DNA of 34,887 nucleotides, from positions 1 through 34,887 of IMG/VR virus record IMGVR_UViG_3300035053_000478. One strand, 5' to 3'. Shown here piece after piece: positions 25,912 through 34,586 of this stretch. The notes beneath the pieces were generated by a model. It was not told the DNA's origin and did no database searches. It was given only the letters and a program-made list of their open reading frames with translations. The position numbers and the translations under genes are program-made. The DNA comes from a virus. Its lineage: Duplodnaviria; Caudoviricetes. Every line of letters starts with the position of its first letter. The first letter of the stretch is position 1.

Positions 25912-28900
25912 TCAAGGTTAGAAAAATAGACAATCCGTTTCAGACCGATCAGGCAGAGATTAAAGACTTTGCTTTTTCAAGAAGCAAGACACTGCGTGAT
26001 TATCTGAACGAATCGGGTTTTGATTACGCTGACCGGCGTGTCATTGTTACCGGCAAGACGGTTGATGATCTGGACGTGCGTCTTGATGAGGGTGATGAGG
26101 TTACGGTTATTCCTGAAGTCGAAGCTCCGGTTGTGGCGGTTGTTTCAGCGATTGTTTCAGCGGTCTGGGCGTATGCGGTGGCGCATCCGTTCTTGTTCAC
26201 CTTCTTTGTGTTATCCATGGCGTATTCGATTTATCAGTATATGAATCAGCCGAAGATGCCGGACTTCAATTTAGGATCAAGCGGTATGGATGAAGGATCG
26301 CCGACCTACGGCTGGGATGGTGTGCAGACCATTCAGGAAGTAGGCGTGCCGGTTGCGCTTGTGTACGGAGAACACAGAGTCGGCGGGAATATTATCAATC
26401 AGTTTTTATGGGAGGATGGAGACAATCATTATCTCAATGTTTTGCTGGCAATTTGTGAAGGTGAAATAGAGTCGATCAGCGACATTGAGGTCAACAGCAA
26501 TCCGATCAATAATTTTGATGGTGTTTCAGTTGTGGAACGTTACGGCACGAACAATCAGGATTTAATTTCAAATTTTGAGGATCTGCACAATGTCTATCCG
26601 GTCAATGCCACACTCACGAAAAATAATTCCTATGTTTATACTACGGTTGATTCTGATGTGGAAGCCTTTGAGATTCACTTGCGCTGTAATAACGGACTGT
26701 ACCAGCAGAATTCAAGTTCAGGCGATATTCAGAGCTGGAGTGTTTCTTACAGGGTTGAGTATAAACTGCACTCAGAGGGAACGTATACAGATTTAGGCGT
26801 TACCAATATTTCGGCAAAGTCACGCTCAGTTGTGCGCCGTGTTTACCGCAAGGCGGGTCTCACACCGGGGCAGTATGATATTCGCATTACCCGCACAAGT
26901 GATGACAGTTCACTTGACCCGCTAAAGCAGGGCGATCTTTCACTTTTTCAGATCGATGAGATCAAGACGGATGATTTGAGTTATCCGAATACCGCTCTTT
27001 TGGGGTTACAGCTTCTTGCGACCGATCAGCTTTCAGGATCGATGCCGAACATTACCGCAGTCGTTAAAGGTAAAAAGGTTCTGGTTCCGGATGTGCGTAA
27101 TGCGGGAGTGCCGGTTAACTGGGAAGATTATTACTGGGATGGAAGTGATTACCGCTTGCTTGCCGATGACACCTTGCTTACATGGAACGGAACAATCTAT
27201 ACGGAAAAGTATTCGGCGAATCCTGTCTGGTGTTTGCGGGACTTGATAGTCAATGAGCGTTTTGGATTAGGTGAGTATATTTCAACGCAGAATCTGGATA
27301 CGGCTTCGCTTCTTGAGATGTCACGTTATTGTGAGGAGAAGGTGCCGGACGGTCAGGGAGGGTTTGAGAAACGGTTCAGGCTGGATGTGGTTATTGATAG
27401 CAATAACAAGGCTCTGGATATTCTCATTCAGTTATGTGCCACATTTAACGCCATGCCGGTTTATAGCGGTGGCGGGATATCTTTTAAGATCGATAAACCT
27501 TCAACACCGACTCAGCTTTTCGGTATGGGCAATATTATCAAGGACAGTTTCGCTCAGAGCTGGAAAACGCTCAAGGAAGTTCCGAATGTTATTGAGGTGC
27601 AGTTTACTGATAAAGAAAAAAACTACCGTCAGGAGACGATTGCCTACATAGATGAAGAAGCGTTGGCTTCAGGAGAGCCGATGCGAAAGAGTCAGGTCAG
27701 GCTTTTTACGACCCGGGTTAGTTATGCAATCCGTGCGGCTCGATATGCGCTTAAAGTCGCACGCTACATTAACCGTTCGGTTAATTTTAAAGCGGGTATT
27801 GATGCCGTTGCCTGTCAGGCTGGCGATATTATTTCCCTTTCGCATGATGTTCCCCAGTGGGGTTTTTCGGGACGGGTTCAGGAGAACAGCACAAACACGC
27901 TTATAAAACTTGACCGTGAAATGGTGATAGAGGACGGCAAGTCATACAAGATACAGGTTCGTTCTTCTGATGATTCTATAGAGGAGAGATTGATCACGTC
28001 ACCGACAGGAAATCATACAGAAGTTGAGTGTGTGGCGTTTACTTATGCACCGCAGGCGTTTGATGTTTACGCTATCGGTGAGACAAGCAAGGTTAAGAAA
28101 GACTTCCGTGTTGTATCGGTTCAGCGTGAAGGCAAGAATGAAGTGCAGATATCGGCTCTTGAGTATAGCGAAGCGGTTTATGATGATTCAGAGATCACTG
28201 TTCCGCAGAATAATTATTCTTCTCTTTCCGCAGAAATTCCTCAGGTCACGAATTTGAATGTTACCGAGTCGCTGGTCAAGAAAACAGACGGCACTATTGA
28301 AAATGCCATTGATGTCTGGTTTGACCGGCCGGGCTATGCGGATTCCTATGTGAAGGCGTTTGCCCGGGCAAAAGTGTATTTGAGCGATGACGGCGGTTTA
28401 AGCTGGCGAGCCAGAGGAGAGACTTCGGGTTCGAGTTTCAGGATTATAGGAGACATTATTGACGGCATGACCTATCAGGTTAAAGTCACTTCCCTTTCAG
28501 ATATCGGTCAGGAAAGCCCTCTTTCATCTGCGCCATCAAGCGAGATCACGGTTGTCGGTAAATCTGCGCCACCGAGCGATGTGCCAACCTTTCTGGTTAA
28601 TCAGGACAGGGACAGGCTTTATTTTGGATGGAGCGAAATCGATGATGTTGATGTCTGGGGATATGAAATACGCTGGGGTGCGGACTGGGAAAGCGGTCAG
28701 GTTGTGACCTTTCAACAGGGAACACATTATCTCACAACGAATTTCAGGACAGGTGTCGGGCAGAGTTATTGGATCAAGGCGATTGATACTTCCGGTAATT
28801 ATTCAGAAACCGCAAAGGGAGCGGTTATCACGATCACGGAGATACCGTTCAGGAATATTGTTTCTGAATTTGTGGATCATCCGTCATGGCCGGGAACAAG

Positions 28901-29525
28901 AGAGAATATCGATATTGATGGCAACAATCTGGTGATCGAGGATGGTTATCTGTCAGGCAAATACTCAACACCGATCAGGGACTTCGGTTTTCTGGCAACA
29001 GTGTATATCGGCATTGATGTGGTCACCACGCTTTATACAGGGCGAAAGTTTAATGATGACAGCGTGACCCGATTTGATTCGAGTGATTCGCTTCGCTTTT
29101 CAGGAATTGAAAGCCCGGGCGTTGCCACGTTTGAGATTCGCACGTCTGAAGACAACATAACGTGGACGGAGTGGACAGGCTATCAGGCGGGCGATTATCT
29201 GTGCCGGTATTTTCAGATTCGAATGACATTAACCCGTCAGAATGTCAGTGACAGCGTGAGCTGTACATCGCTCAATTACCACGGTGATTTGCCGGATATT
29301 GATGAGTACGGAGCGAACACGGTTGACGTTGCCGTTGATGGCAAGCAGGTATTGTTTGCCAAAACATTTCACGAAGAACCGATTGTTAATGTTTCGATTG
29401 CTTCAGGGAACGGTATTTATTCAAGGTTTATGGATAAGAATGAAACAGGGTTTACGGTCAAATTATATGACGGTTCAGGCGTTGAGCAGACCGGCGACTT
29501 CGACTGGCAGGCTCACGGAATTTAG
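25908..29525 (+). CDS. Host-specificity / central tail tip protein (gpJ-like) with N-terminal gpI-like domain
   Basis: N-terminal ubiquitin-like LDEGDEVTVIP; PVALVYGEHRVGGN, ICEGEI, YPNTA, NPVW; FN3-like modules (YWIKAIDTSGNYS). Confidence 0.9.
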   Translation: MIKVRKIDNPFQTDQAEIKDFAFSRSKTLRDYLNESGFDYADRRVIVTGKTVDDLDVRLDEGDEVTVIPEVEAPVVAVVSAIVSAVWAYAVAHPFLFTFFVLSMAYSIYQYMNQPKMPDFNLGSSGMDEGSPTYGWDGVQTIQEVGVPVALVYGEHRVGGNIINQFLWEDGDNHYLNVLLAICEGEIESISDIEVNSNPINNFDGVSVVERYGTNNQDLISNFEDLHNVYPVNATLTKNNSYVYTTVDSDVEAFEIHLRCNNGLYQQNSSSGDIQSWSVSYRVEYKLHSEGTYTDLGVTNISAKSRSVVRRVYRKAGLTPGQYDIRITRTSDDSSLDPLKQGDLSLFQIDEIKTDDLSYPNTALLGLQLLATDQLSGSMPNITAVVKGKKVLVPDVRNAGVPVNWEDYYWDGSDYRLLADDTLLTWNGTIYTEKYSANPVWCLRDLIVNERFGLGEYISTQNLDTASLLEMSRYCEEKVPDGQGGFEKRFRLDVVIDSNNKALDILIQLCATFNAMPVYSGGGISFKIDKPSTPTQLFGMGNIIKDSFAQSWKTLKEVPNVIEVQFTDKEKNYRQETIAYIDEEALASGEPMRKSQVRLFTTRVSYAIRAARYALKVARYINRSVNFKAGIDAVACQAGDIISLSHDVPQWGFSGRVQENSTNTLIKLDREMVIEDGKSYKIQVRSSDDSIEERLITSPTGNHTEVECVAFTYAPQAFDVYAIGETSKVKKDFRVVSVQREGKNEVQISALEYSEAVYDDSEITVPQNNYSSLSAEIPQVTNLNVTESLVKKTDGTIENAIDVWFDRPGYADSYVKAFARAKVYLSDDGGLSWRARGETSGSSFRIIGDIIDGMTYQVKVTSLSDIGQESPLSSAPSSEITVVGKSAPPSDVPTFLVNQDRDRLYFGWSEIDDVDVWGYEIRWGADWESGQVVTFQQGTHYLTTNFRTGVGQSYWIKAIDTSGNYSETAKGAVITITEIPFRNIVSEFVDHPSWPGTRENIDIDGNNLVIEDGYLSGKYSTPIRDFGFLATVYIGIDVVTTLYTGRKFNDDSVTRFDSSDSLRFSGIESPGVATFEIRTSEDNITWTEWTGYQAGDYLCRYFQIRMTLTRQNVSDSVSCTSLNYHGDLPDIDEYGANTVDVAVDGKQVLFAKTFHEEPIVNVSIASGNGIYSRFMDKNETGFTVKLYDGSGVEQTGDFDWQAHGI

Positions 29526-29536
29526 GAGGTAGATTT

Positions 29537-29752
29537 ATGGCAAAAACAGTTATTCCGCAAAAAGTTGTTATCGAGTTCGATCAGGGCAGTTTTTCAAGCG
29601 GAACGATTCTTTACAAAATAAATGATGACGGTGTGATCAGTAAAACACGCAGTATCGGGATTAAAAATGCGGGATTCAGCAAGGCAACGCTTAACGGTGT
29701 TTTGCAGAAAGTCATCAGTCATGTTTACAGATCGGAGGGTATCGATGAGTAA
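29537..29752 (+). CDS. Hypothetical protein
   Basis: AGGAGGT RBS; 71 aa. Confidence 0.75.
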   Translation: MAKTVIPQKVVIEFDQGSFSSGTILYKINDDGVISKTRSIGIKNAGFSKATLNGVLQKVISHVYRSEGIDE

Positions 29753-30020
29753 ATTAATCTGTCACAGATGTAAACGTCCGATTGCGGATGATATGGCATA
29801 CATTGCCGTGCGTGGAGATATCATTCTTCGCATGCCGGGCAAAAAGCCCATGGTCTTTTCGTGTGTTGAGCAGGCGCACAATTATGCGCAAAAATTATTC
29901 CTTCATGATGTCTGCTGGATAGACATGCTCAAGGAACACGGCATTGAGCTGTACGATATGGACAGGGTTGCTGAGGCGTATAGAAAGAAGGAGGTAGGCG
30001 ATGGCTTGGGACAAGACTAA
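29745..30020 (+). CDS. Small putative Zn-binding protein
   Basis: CHRC...HDVC; GGAGGG RBS before ATG 29745. Confidence 0.65.
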   Translation: MSKLICHRCKRPIADDMAYIAVRGDIILRMPGKKPMVFSCVEQAHNYAQKLFLHDVCWIDMLKEHGIELYDMDRVAEAYRKKEVGDGLGQD

Positions 30021-30768
30021 ACCCGAAAACGATATGCTGTTGATCAACTTCCCCGCCGCTTGCCGTGCAAACTGGGACGCTCTCGAACTTGGCACGGATC
30101 CGAATTTACAGATCACAAACGACAAGGTTGCGCCTAATGCCGGGATTGAGGACAGCAAGCTGGCACAGATCACTTCTGCCAATAAGGTTTCGGGGTCAGC
30201 GTTGGTCGGTCTTGCCAGTGTTCCTCAAGCGGCCGGGGTGCTTCCTGCGGATAATTCGCCTAATAAGCTCAAGGCGGATGTCAGCGACACAACGCCAGAG
30301 TATCTGGACGGTTTGATCGATACGGCAGTGTTTCAGGTTTCAGCCGGTGATCAGCTTCAGCTAAAAGATGGAGGGGTTGAAACAGAAAAACTCGAAGGCG
30401 GTTCAGAATCACCGGGCAATACAAAGTATTACGGAACCAATGATGTGGGTTCAAAAGGTTTTTTTGATATGCCGAATCCCGACCTTACTGGCTATGCCAA
30501 CGGTCTGGATGTAAACGGCAATAATATTCGATTAAAAAATGGAGCAACCGTGCTTGCCACAATCACAGCGCCTTATGCCACGAATGCGGGTACGGCATCG
30601 AACGCCTCTAATTCAAGTCTGCTTAACAGTCAGGGGCCTACCTATTACCGGTGTAGTGGGTGTTCGTGGACATGTTTGAGCAGTTGCACCGGTTCATGCA
30701 ATAGCGGATGTACCGGAACGTGTCAGGGCGGATGCGGTGGCAGTTGTGACGGTTGTGATATGGGTTAG
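30001..30768 (+). CDS. Tail-fibre-like protein with C-terminal CXXX-repeat (putative radical SAM substrate)
   Basis: Position after gpJ; fibre-like segments ITNDKVAPNAGIEDSKLAQI and ATNAGTASNASNSSLLNSQGPTYY; ends CSGCSWTCLSSCTGSCNSGCTGTCQGGCGGSCDGCDMG. Confidence 0.75.
   Translation: MAWDKTKPENDMLLINFPAACRANWDALELGTDPNLQITNDKVAPNAGIEDSKLAQITSANKVSGSALVGLASVPQAAGVLPADNSPNKLKADVSDTTPEYLDGLIDTAVFQVSAGDQLQLKDGGVETEKLEGGSESPGNTKYYGTNDVGSKGFFDMPNPDLTGYANGLDVNGNNIRLKNGATVLATITAPYATNAGTASNASNSSLLNSQGPTYYRCSGCSWTCLSSCTGSCNSGCTGTCQGGCGGSCDGCDMG
30652..30765 (+). repeat. Cys-rich CXXX repeat (10 Cys in 38 aa)
   Basis: Cys2 to Cys9 are spaced exactly four residues apart, flanked by CxxC at each end; intervening residues mostly G/S/T/N/D. 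Confidence 0.95.
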
Positions 30769-30775
30769 GAGGTAG

Positions 30776-31567
30776 ATGATGGATTTTTTAGAAGAAGCCT
30801 GTAATTATCCGATAGTTACCCGCTACCGGCAGAATTTGGAATATATCAAAAACGGTCTGGTTAAAGGTGCGGTATCGCTTAAAGCGAAAGATATTTTTAT
30901 TCCCCACCTTTACGAGAAATATATCAGGGGGCATGAGAATGAAGATGTTATCCATTGCGGTAAAGGTCAGTTTATGGATTGTCTTGATCCATATTATTTG
31001 TTTGTTGATCAGTTCTTTTTGCAGGACAGGGTTCTTGAGTACATAAGTCTTGAGAAGTTGCGGGAACCTCTTACCGGCAAGAAGGTCTGGTGTAAAACTG
31101 CAGGATCGTATCAGGAGATGATGACACGTCATCCAAATTATTACGCTGTCATGGATGACGATACCGTTCCGGATGACGGCGGTCGGAGAGCGGGTGAATT
31201 CAAGCCGGTTGACAATCAGGAGGAGTCGCTTCTGGCTCTGGTCGCCTTTCATTACAAATACGCTTTTGATGATGAGCAGGATAAGTTCGTTAAACTTCCG
31301 GTCGCAGAGCAGAAACAAAATCTTCTTAAACCGTGGATGGAATACGAGGTCAACCGGGAGGCGGGCAACAATGCTTCCCGCATAGCTGATTACGGACGGC
31401 TTATCCGGTTCTTGCTTTCTAAAGTTACGCTCAGCGATGAGGAACAGGCGATATTTTCTGACGTGCTTGCAAAGCCGGTTGAGATGGAAGATATCGACAG
31501 GATTATCAAACGTGAGAAGAAAATTCTCTCAAAGATCAAAGCGTATAAGGAAGGAACGCTGTTATGA
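30776..31567 (+). CDS. Hypothetical protein between Cys-rich fibre and radical SAM genes
   Basis: AGGAGGT RBS overlapping the fibre stop; ATGA overlap with the next gene; no motif recognised. Confidence 0.8.
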   Translation: MMDFLEEACNYPIVTRYRQNLEYIKNGLVKGAVSLKAKDIFIPHLYEKYIRGHENEDVIHCGKGQFMDCLDPYYLFVDQFFLQDRVLEYISLEKLREPLTGKKVWCKTAGSYQEMMTRHPNYYAVMDDDTVPDDGGRRAGEFKPVDNQEESLLALVAFHYKYAFDDEQDKFVKLPVAEQKQNLLKPWMEYEVNREAGNNASRIADYGRLIRFLLSKVTLSDEEQAIFSDVLAKPVEMEDIDRIIKREKKILSKIKAYKEGTLL

Positions 31568-32445
31568 AGGAGTTGAGACTCACAATGGAGGTTACCAAAG
31601 ACTGCAACTTAAACTGTCCGCACTGTATTAAGAAAGACGGCAACCTTATGCCTTATCCACAGGACGATCAGTTTGATGAGGATAAAGCGATAGCATTTTT
31701 TGAGAAACATAACATTGCCCGGGTGCTTATCAGTGGAGGTGAACCGTTAACCAAAAAAGACAGGGTTAAGCGTCTGATCAGGCGGATCGGTACGGGCAAG
31801 GTTTTGTTTGCGACGAACGGATTATTGCTGGATGAGGATATGGTCTGGTTTTTAAACCGGTACAAAGTGATCGTGATGATTTCAGCTATTGCCGCAAAGA
31901 AGTGTGATGCTGGACTTGTAAAGAAAATCAATCGCAGACTTATTAAATATGTCATCCAACCGCAGGAGGAGTTCGGTCAGCGTGCGGTAGAGCTGGGGCA
32001 GATGTTTGACTGTAAGGTTGAGCTTACATTTGATGTTTCCAAAGTGAAGGAGCTGGATGGCAGTGCGCTGGATGTATTTGAGCGAAATTTAAAGATCAGC
32101 CGACCGTATATCCGTATTGCGACCAAAACCGGCGAATGCAACAGATGTCAGTTTAATCTGGAATGGCGGTGTGATAACAGTCTCATCAGTTACCGGCAGG
32201 TGTACGGCGTAAAAACAAAGATTCCCGAAGGGTGCGCATTTTACTATCAAAATCTTGGAGAAGAACTGTTCAGCCGTTTTCTTGCTCTGGCTAAAGAATA
32301 CAACCGTCCGTGCCTTAAGGACGTGAAAGATATTTTTCAGATCAACAAAGACCTTGCCGGTGGCGGGCTGATTGTTTCCCCTGTCTGCGCTTCAGAGGAC
32401 GCACTGTTTGTCTGGAGCAAACTTCTGGAGGTCTACAATGCGTGA
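31564..32445 (+). CDS. Radical SAM protein (short, Cys-containing C-terminus)
   Basis: CNLNCPHC (CxxxCxxC), ISGGEPL, ATNGLLL; later CNRC...C...C...C...C. Confidence 0.9.
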   Translation: MKELRLTMEVTKDCNLNCPHCIKKDGNLMPYPQDDQFDEDKAIAFFEKHNIARVLISGGEPLTKKDRVKRLIRRIGTGKVLFATNGLLLDEDMVWFLNRYKVIVMISAIAAKKCDAGLVKKINRRLIKYVIQPQEEFGQRAVELGQMFDCKVELTFDVSKVKELDGSALDVFERNLKISRPYIRIATKTGECNRCQFNLEWRCDNSLISYRQVYGVKTKIPEGCAFYYQNLGEELFSRFLALAKEYNRPCLKDVKDIFQINKDLAGGGLIVSPVCASEDALFVWSKLLEVYNA

Positions 32446-33574
32446 TGTTTTCAGTATACAGGTTTTGACAAATCTTTCATGCAATCTGGCGTGTGATTAT
32501 TGCTATGAGAAAAAATACAACCGGGTTAATGATGCGGATACGGTTAAGCGGTTTATGAATTATATGTTTGATAAACACGCAGAGAAAAGTGTTTGTGAAC
32601 TTGAGTTTATCGGTGGAGAGAGTTTTCTGTGTGTTGACCTTCTGGATGAGCTGACCGATTACGCCCGTACGTTTGGCAAAAAGATGTTTGTTTCGTTAAC
32701 GACAAACGGCACGTTGCTCGGTAAGAAAACCGTCAGGGATTATATCGAAAAGAACAAAGATGTTCTGAGGGTAGGCGTTTCCATAGACGGCGTTCAGGAA
32801 CTGCACGACACGTATCGCAAGCATAAGAATGGCAAAGGATCGTATAGCGACATTGTTCCCCATATTGATTTTTTATTCAAGGCGCTTGGTAGAGATCAGG
32901 TCGGAGTTAAGGCGACATTTACAAAAGAAACGTTTCAAAAATATTATTACCGTTCAATTCTTCACCTTATCGGTTTGGGGTTCAAGGACATTTCAGGAAA
33001 TATCATGTATGAGGAGAATGTGGATGCTGTTTTCGGACTTACTGTTGCCCGGGAGTTTATGCGTCTGGCGGATTATTTTCTGGAATCGGATCTTTATAAA
33101 ACAGTCAAATTGCGACAGCTCAATCCGGATGTTGATTTTATCCGGCAGTACAACAGCAGGCTTTTTAAGATGAAGAGTGACGAGCGTAATTATTGCGGTT
33201 CGTGCAACGAGATGACATGTATCGGTTTCGATGGTCTGGCGTATGGATGCAACCGTTTTTGCACGATGGGCAAAGAAGATATGCATATCGGCAAGATGGA
33301 AGGCGATCGTTTTGTGCCGGTCAATTCGCAGTTAAAAGCGGAGGTGATGTATCAGTATAAACGCCGTCCGCAGGAGTGTCAGGAATGCGTGCTTAACATG
33401 GAATGCCCGGCATGCGTGGCTATTCCTTACGAGTATGGCAATCCTCAGGAGTTTGTTGATTCAAAGGGCATGTGCGGGTGGACGCACGGTGTTGCGCTTG
33501 CACGGTTTTATATGTGTACAAAACTGTTTCAGAAGGAGTCGGCATGTCAGCCACGGCTATTGCAGACGCAGTAA
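32438..33574 (+). CDS. Radical SAM/SPASM peptide maturase (CXXX-repeat target family-like)
   Basis: CNLACDYC, EFIGGE, TTNGTL, SIDG..ELHD.YR...GKGSY; SPASM NYCGSC...YGCNRF...CQEC....ECPAC...MCGW. GGAGG RBS before ATG 32438. Confidence 0.92.
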   Translation: MRDVFSIQVLTNLSCNLACDYCYEKKYNRVNDADTVKRFMNYMFDKHAEKSVCELEFIGGESFLCVDLLDELTDYARTFGKKMFVSLTTNGTLLGKKTVRDYIEKNKDVLRVGVSIDGVQELHDTYRKHKNGKGSYSDIVPHIDFLFKALGRDQVGVKATFTKETFQKYYYRSILHLIGLGFKDISGNIMYEENVDAVFGLTVAREFMRLADYFLESDLYKTVKLRQLNPDVDFIRQYNSRLFKMKSDERNYCGSCNEMTCIGFDGLAYGCNRFCTMGKEDMHIGKMEGDRFVPVNSQLKAEVMYQYKRRPQECQECVLNMECPACVAIPYEYGNPQEFVDSKGMCGWTHGVALARFYMCTKLFQKESACQPRLLQTQ

Positions 33575-33810
33575 AAGAAGTATTCAGGTTTTTGCGTGAA
33601 TGGAATAACGCTGATCAAAAGCAGAAGCGGTATGCGCTTAAGCGGATAAAGCGTATCAAGAAAGCGACAGACCTTGCGGAGGATATTTTCTTTGTCGTTG
33701 AGGATATGCTTAAGATTGCGCACGCTCAGGGCTTGGCGGATCAGCGGGAATTCACACGGCTGGAAGCCCGGTATAAAAAAATGGTTCAGAAATTTAACGA
33801 TTTAGATTAG
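33544..33810 (+). CDS. Hypothetical helical protein
   Basis: AAGGAG RBS before ATG 33544. Confidence 0.7.
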   Translation: MSATAIADAVKEVFRFLREWNNADQKQKRYALKRIKRIKKATDLAEDIFFVVEDMLKIAHAQGLADQREFTRLEARYKKMVQKFNDLD

Positions 33811-33820
33811 GAGGTGTCGC

Positions 33821-34066
33821 ATGGATATTTTGATGGATTACATTTCGGGTAATATTCCCCAGCTTATCACGGCGGTTGTCGGGATCGGGGCGATCTGGCT
33901 TGTGCTTTCAAAGGCGCTCAGTGTGCTTAAAGAGATCAGCGAGCTTTTAAACGCCATTGTGATCGCTTTCGCCGATAAAAAGCTGACCAAGCAGGAGGTC
34001 GAAACGATTGTCAAAGAGGCAAAAGACGTTCCACTGGCGGTCAAAGCGTTGATTAAGAAAGGCTGA
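33821..34066 (+). CDS. Small membrane protein (holin-like)
   Basis: GGAGGTG RBS; N-terminal TM segment, amphipathic helix, basic C-terminus. Confidence 0.55.
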   Translation: MDILMDYISGNIPQLITAVVGIGAIWLVLSKALSVLKEISELLNAIVIAFADKKLTKQEVETIVKEAKDVPLAVKALIKKG

Positions 34067-34125
34067 AGAACGCCTTGCAATCCCCTCGGGAATATGGCCC
34101 TATTACAACAAGAGGAGGGATTGTT

Positions 34126-34392
34126 ATGGTTAAAGAAAATATGACGGCAAAAAAAGAGCGCTACATCAGCGTTCGCCAAGACGGCGAGGAAATCTACGTT
34201 GAGAATATTCCGGTAACAGGTCGCATGCGTGATCATCAGAAGGCGGTCAAATTGCGGTTGCGGGAGATTCAGAGAGTTATGCCACTGGGCAAATGGTCGA
34301 TCACCATCGAACAGCAGTGGAAGGAAAAAGGCGTCACGCATTTTCAGATGATGGATGTGGCGACCGGGAAATTACAGGAGTCGGTATTATGA
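34126..34392 (+). CDS. Hypothetical protein
   Basis: GAGGAGG RBS before ATG 34126. Confidence 0.7.
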   Translation: MVKENMTAKKERYISVRQDGEEIYVENIPVTGRMRDHQKAVKLRLREIQRVMPLGKWSITIEQQWKEKGVTHFQMMDVATGKLQESVL

Positions 34393-34586
34393 AAACAACA
34401 AGAAAAGAAATGATGCTAATGGCAAAGGAGCGAGGCATTAAGAATTTCCGCATTCTTAATAAAGAAGAGCTGATGCATGTTCTCGCTGATGGGATCACTC
34501 AGCAGGAAATCGACGCTCTTGTTGCCGGAGCGGTTGCCCGCTGGAAGTCGGGATGGGGCAAAGGTAAGGTGAAAAATGAAAGTTAA
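34389..34586 (+). CDS. Small Rho-N/HeH-like domain protein
   Basis: TRKEMMLMAKERGIKNFRILNKEELMHVL resembles the Rho N-terminal helix-extended-helix motif. Confidence 0.6.
   Translation: MKTTRKEMMLMAKERGIKNFRILNKEELMHVLADGITQQEIDALVAGAVARWKSGWGKGKVKNES

Noticed and set aside
30652-30765. Cys-rich tail as a DGR variable region or DNA tandem repeat
   Set aside because: No reverse transcriptase or template repeat in the window, and the nucleotide sequence is not repetitive.
31564-33574. rSAM genes as DNA-modification (QueE, 7-deazaguanine) or NrdG-type auxiliary genes
   Set aside because: No queC/queD/folE/dpdA or nrdD genes nearby; the SPASM domain and adjacent Cys-rich substrate fit peptide maturation better.
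34075-34106. Promoter for the terminal small ORFs (TTGCAA...TATTAC)
   Set aside because: The 20-nt spacing is non-canonical; a promoter is plausible here but cannot be pinned down.
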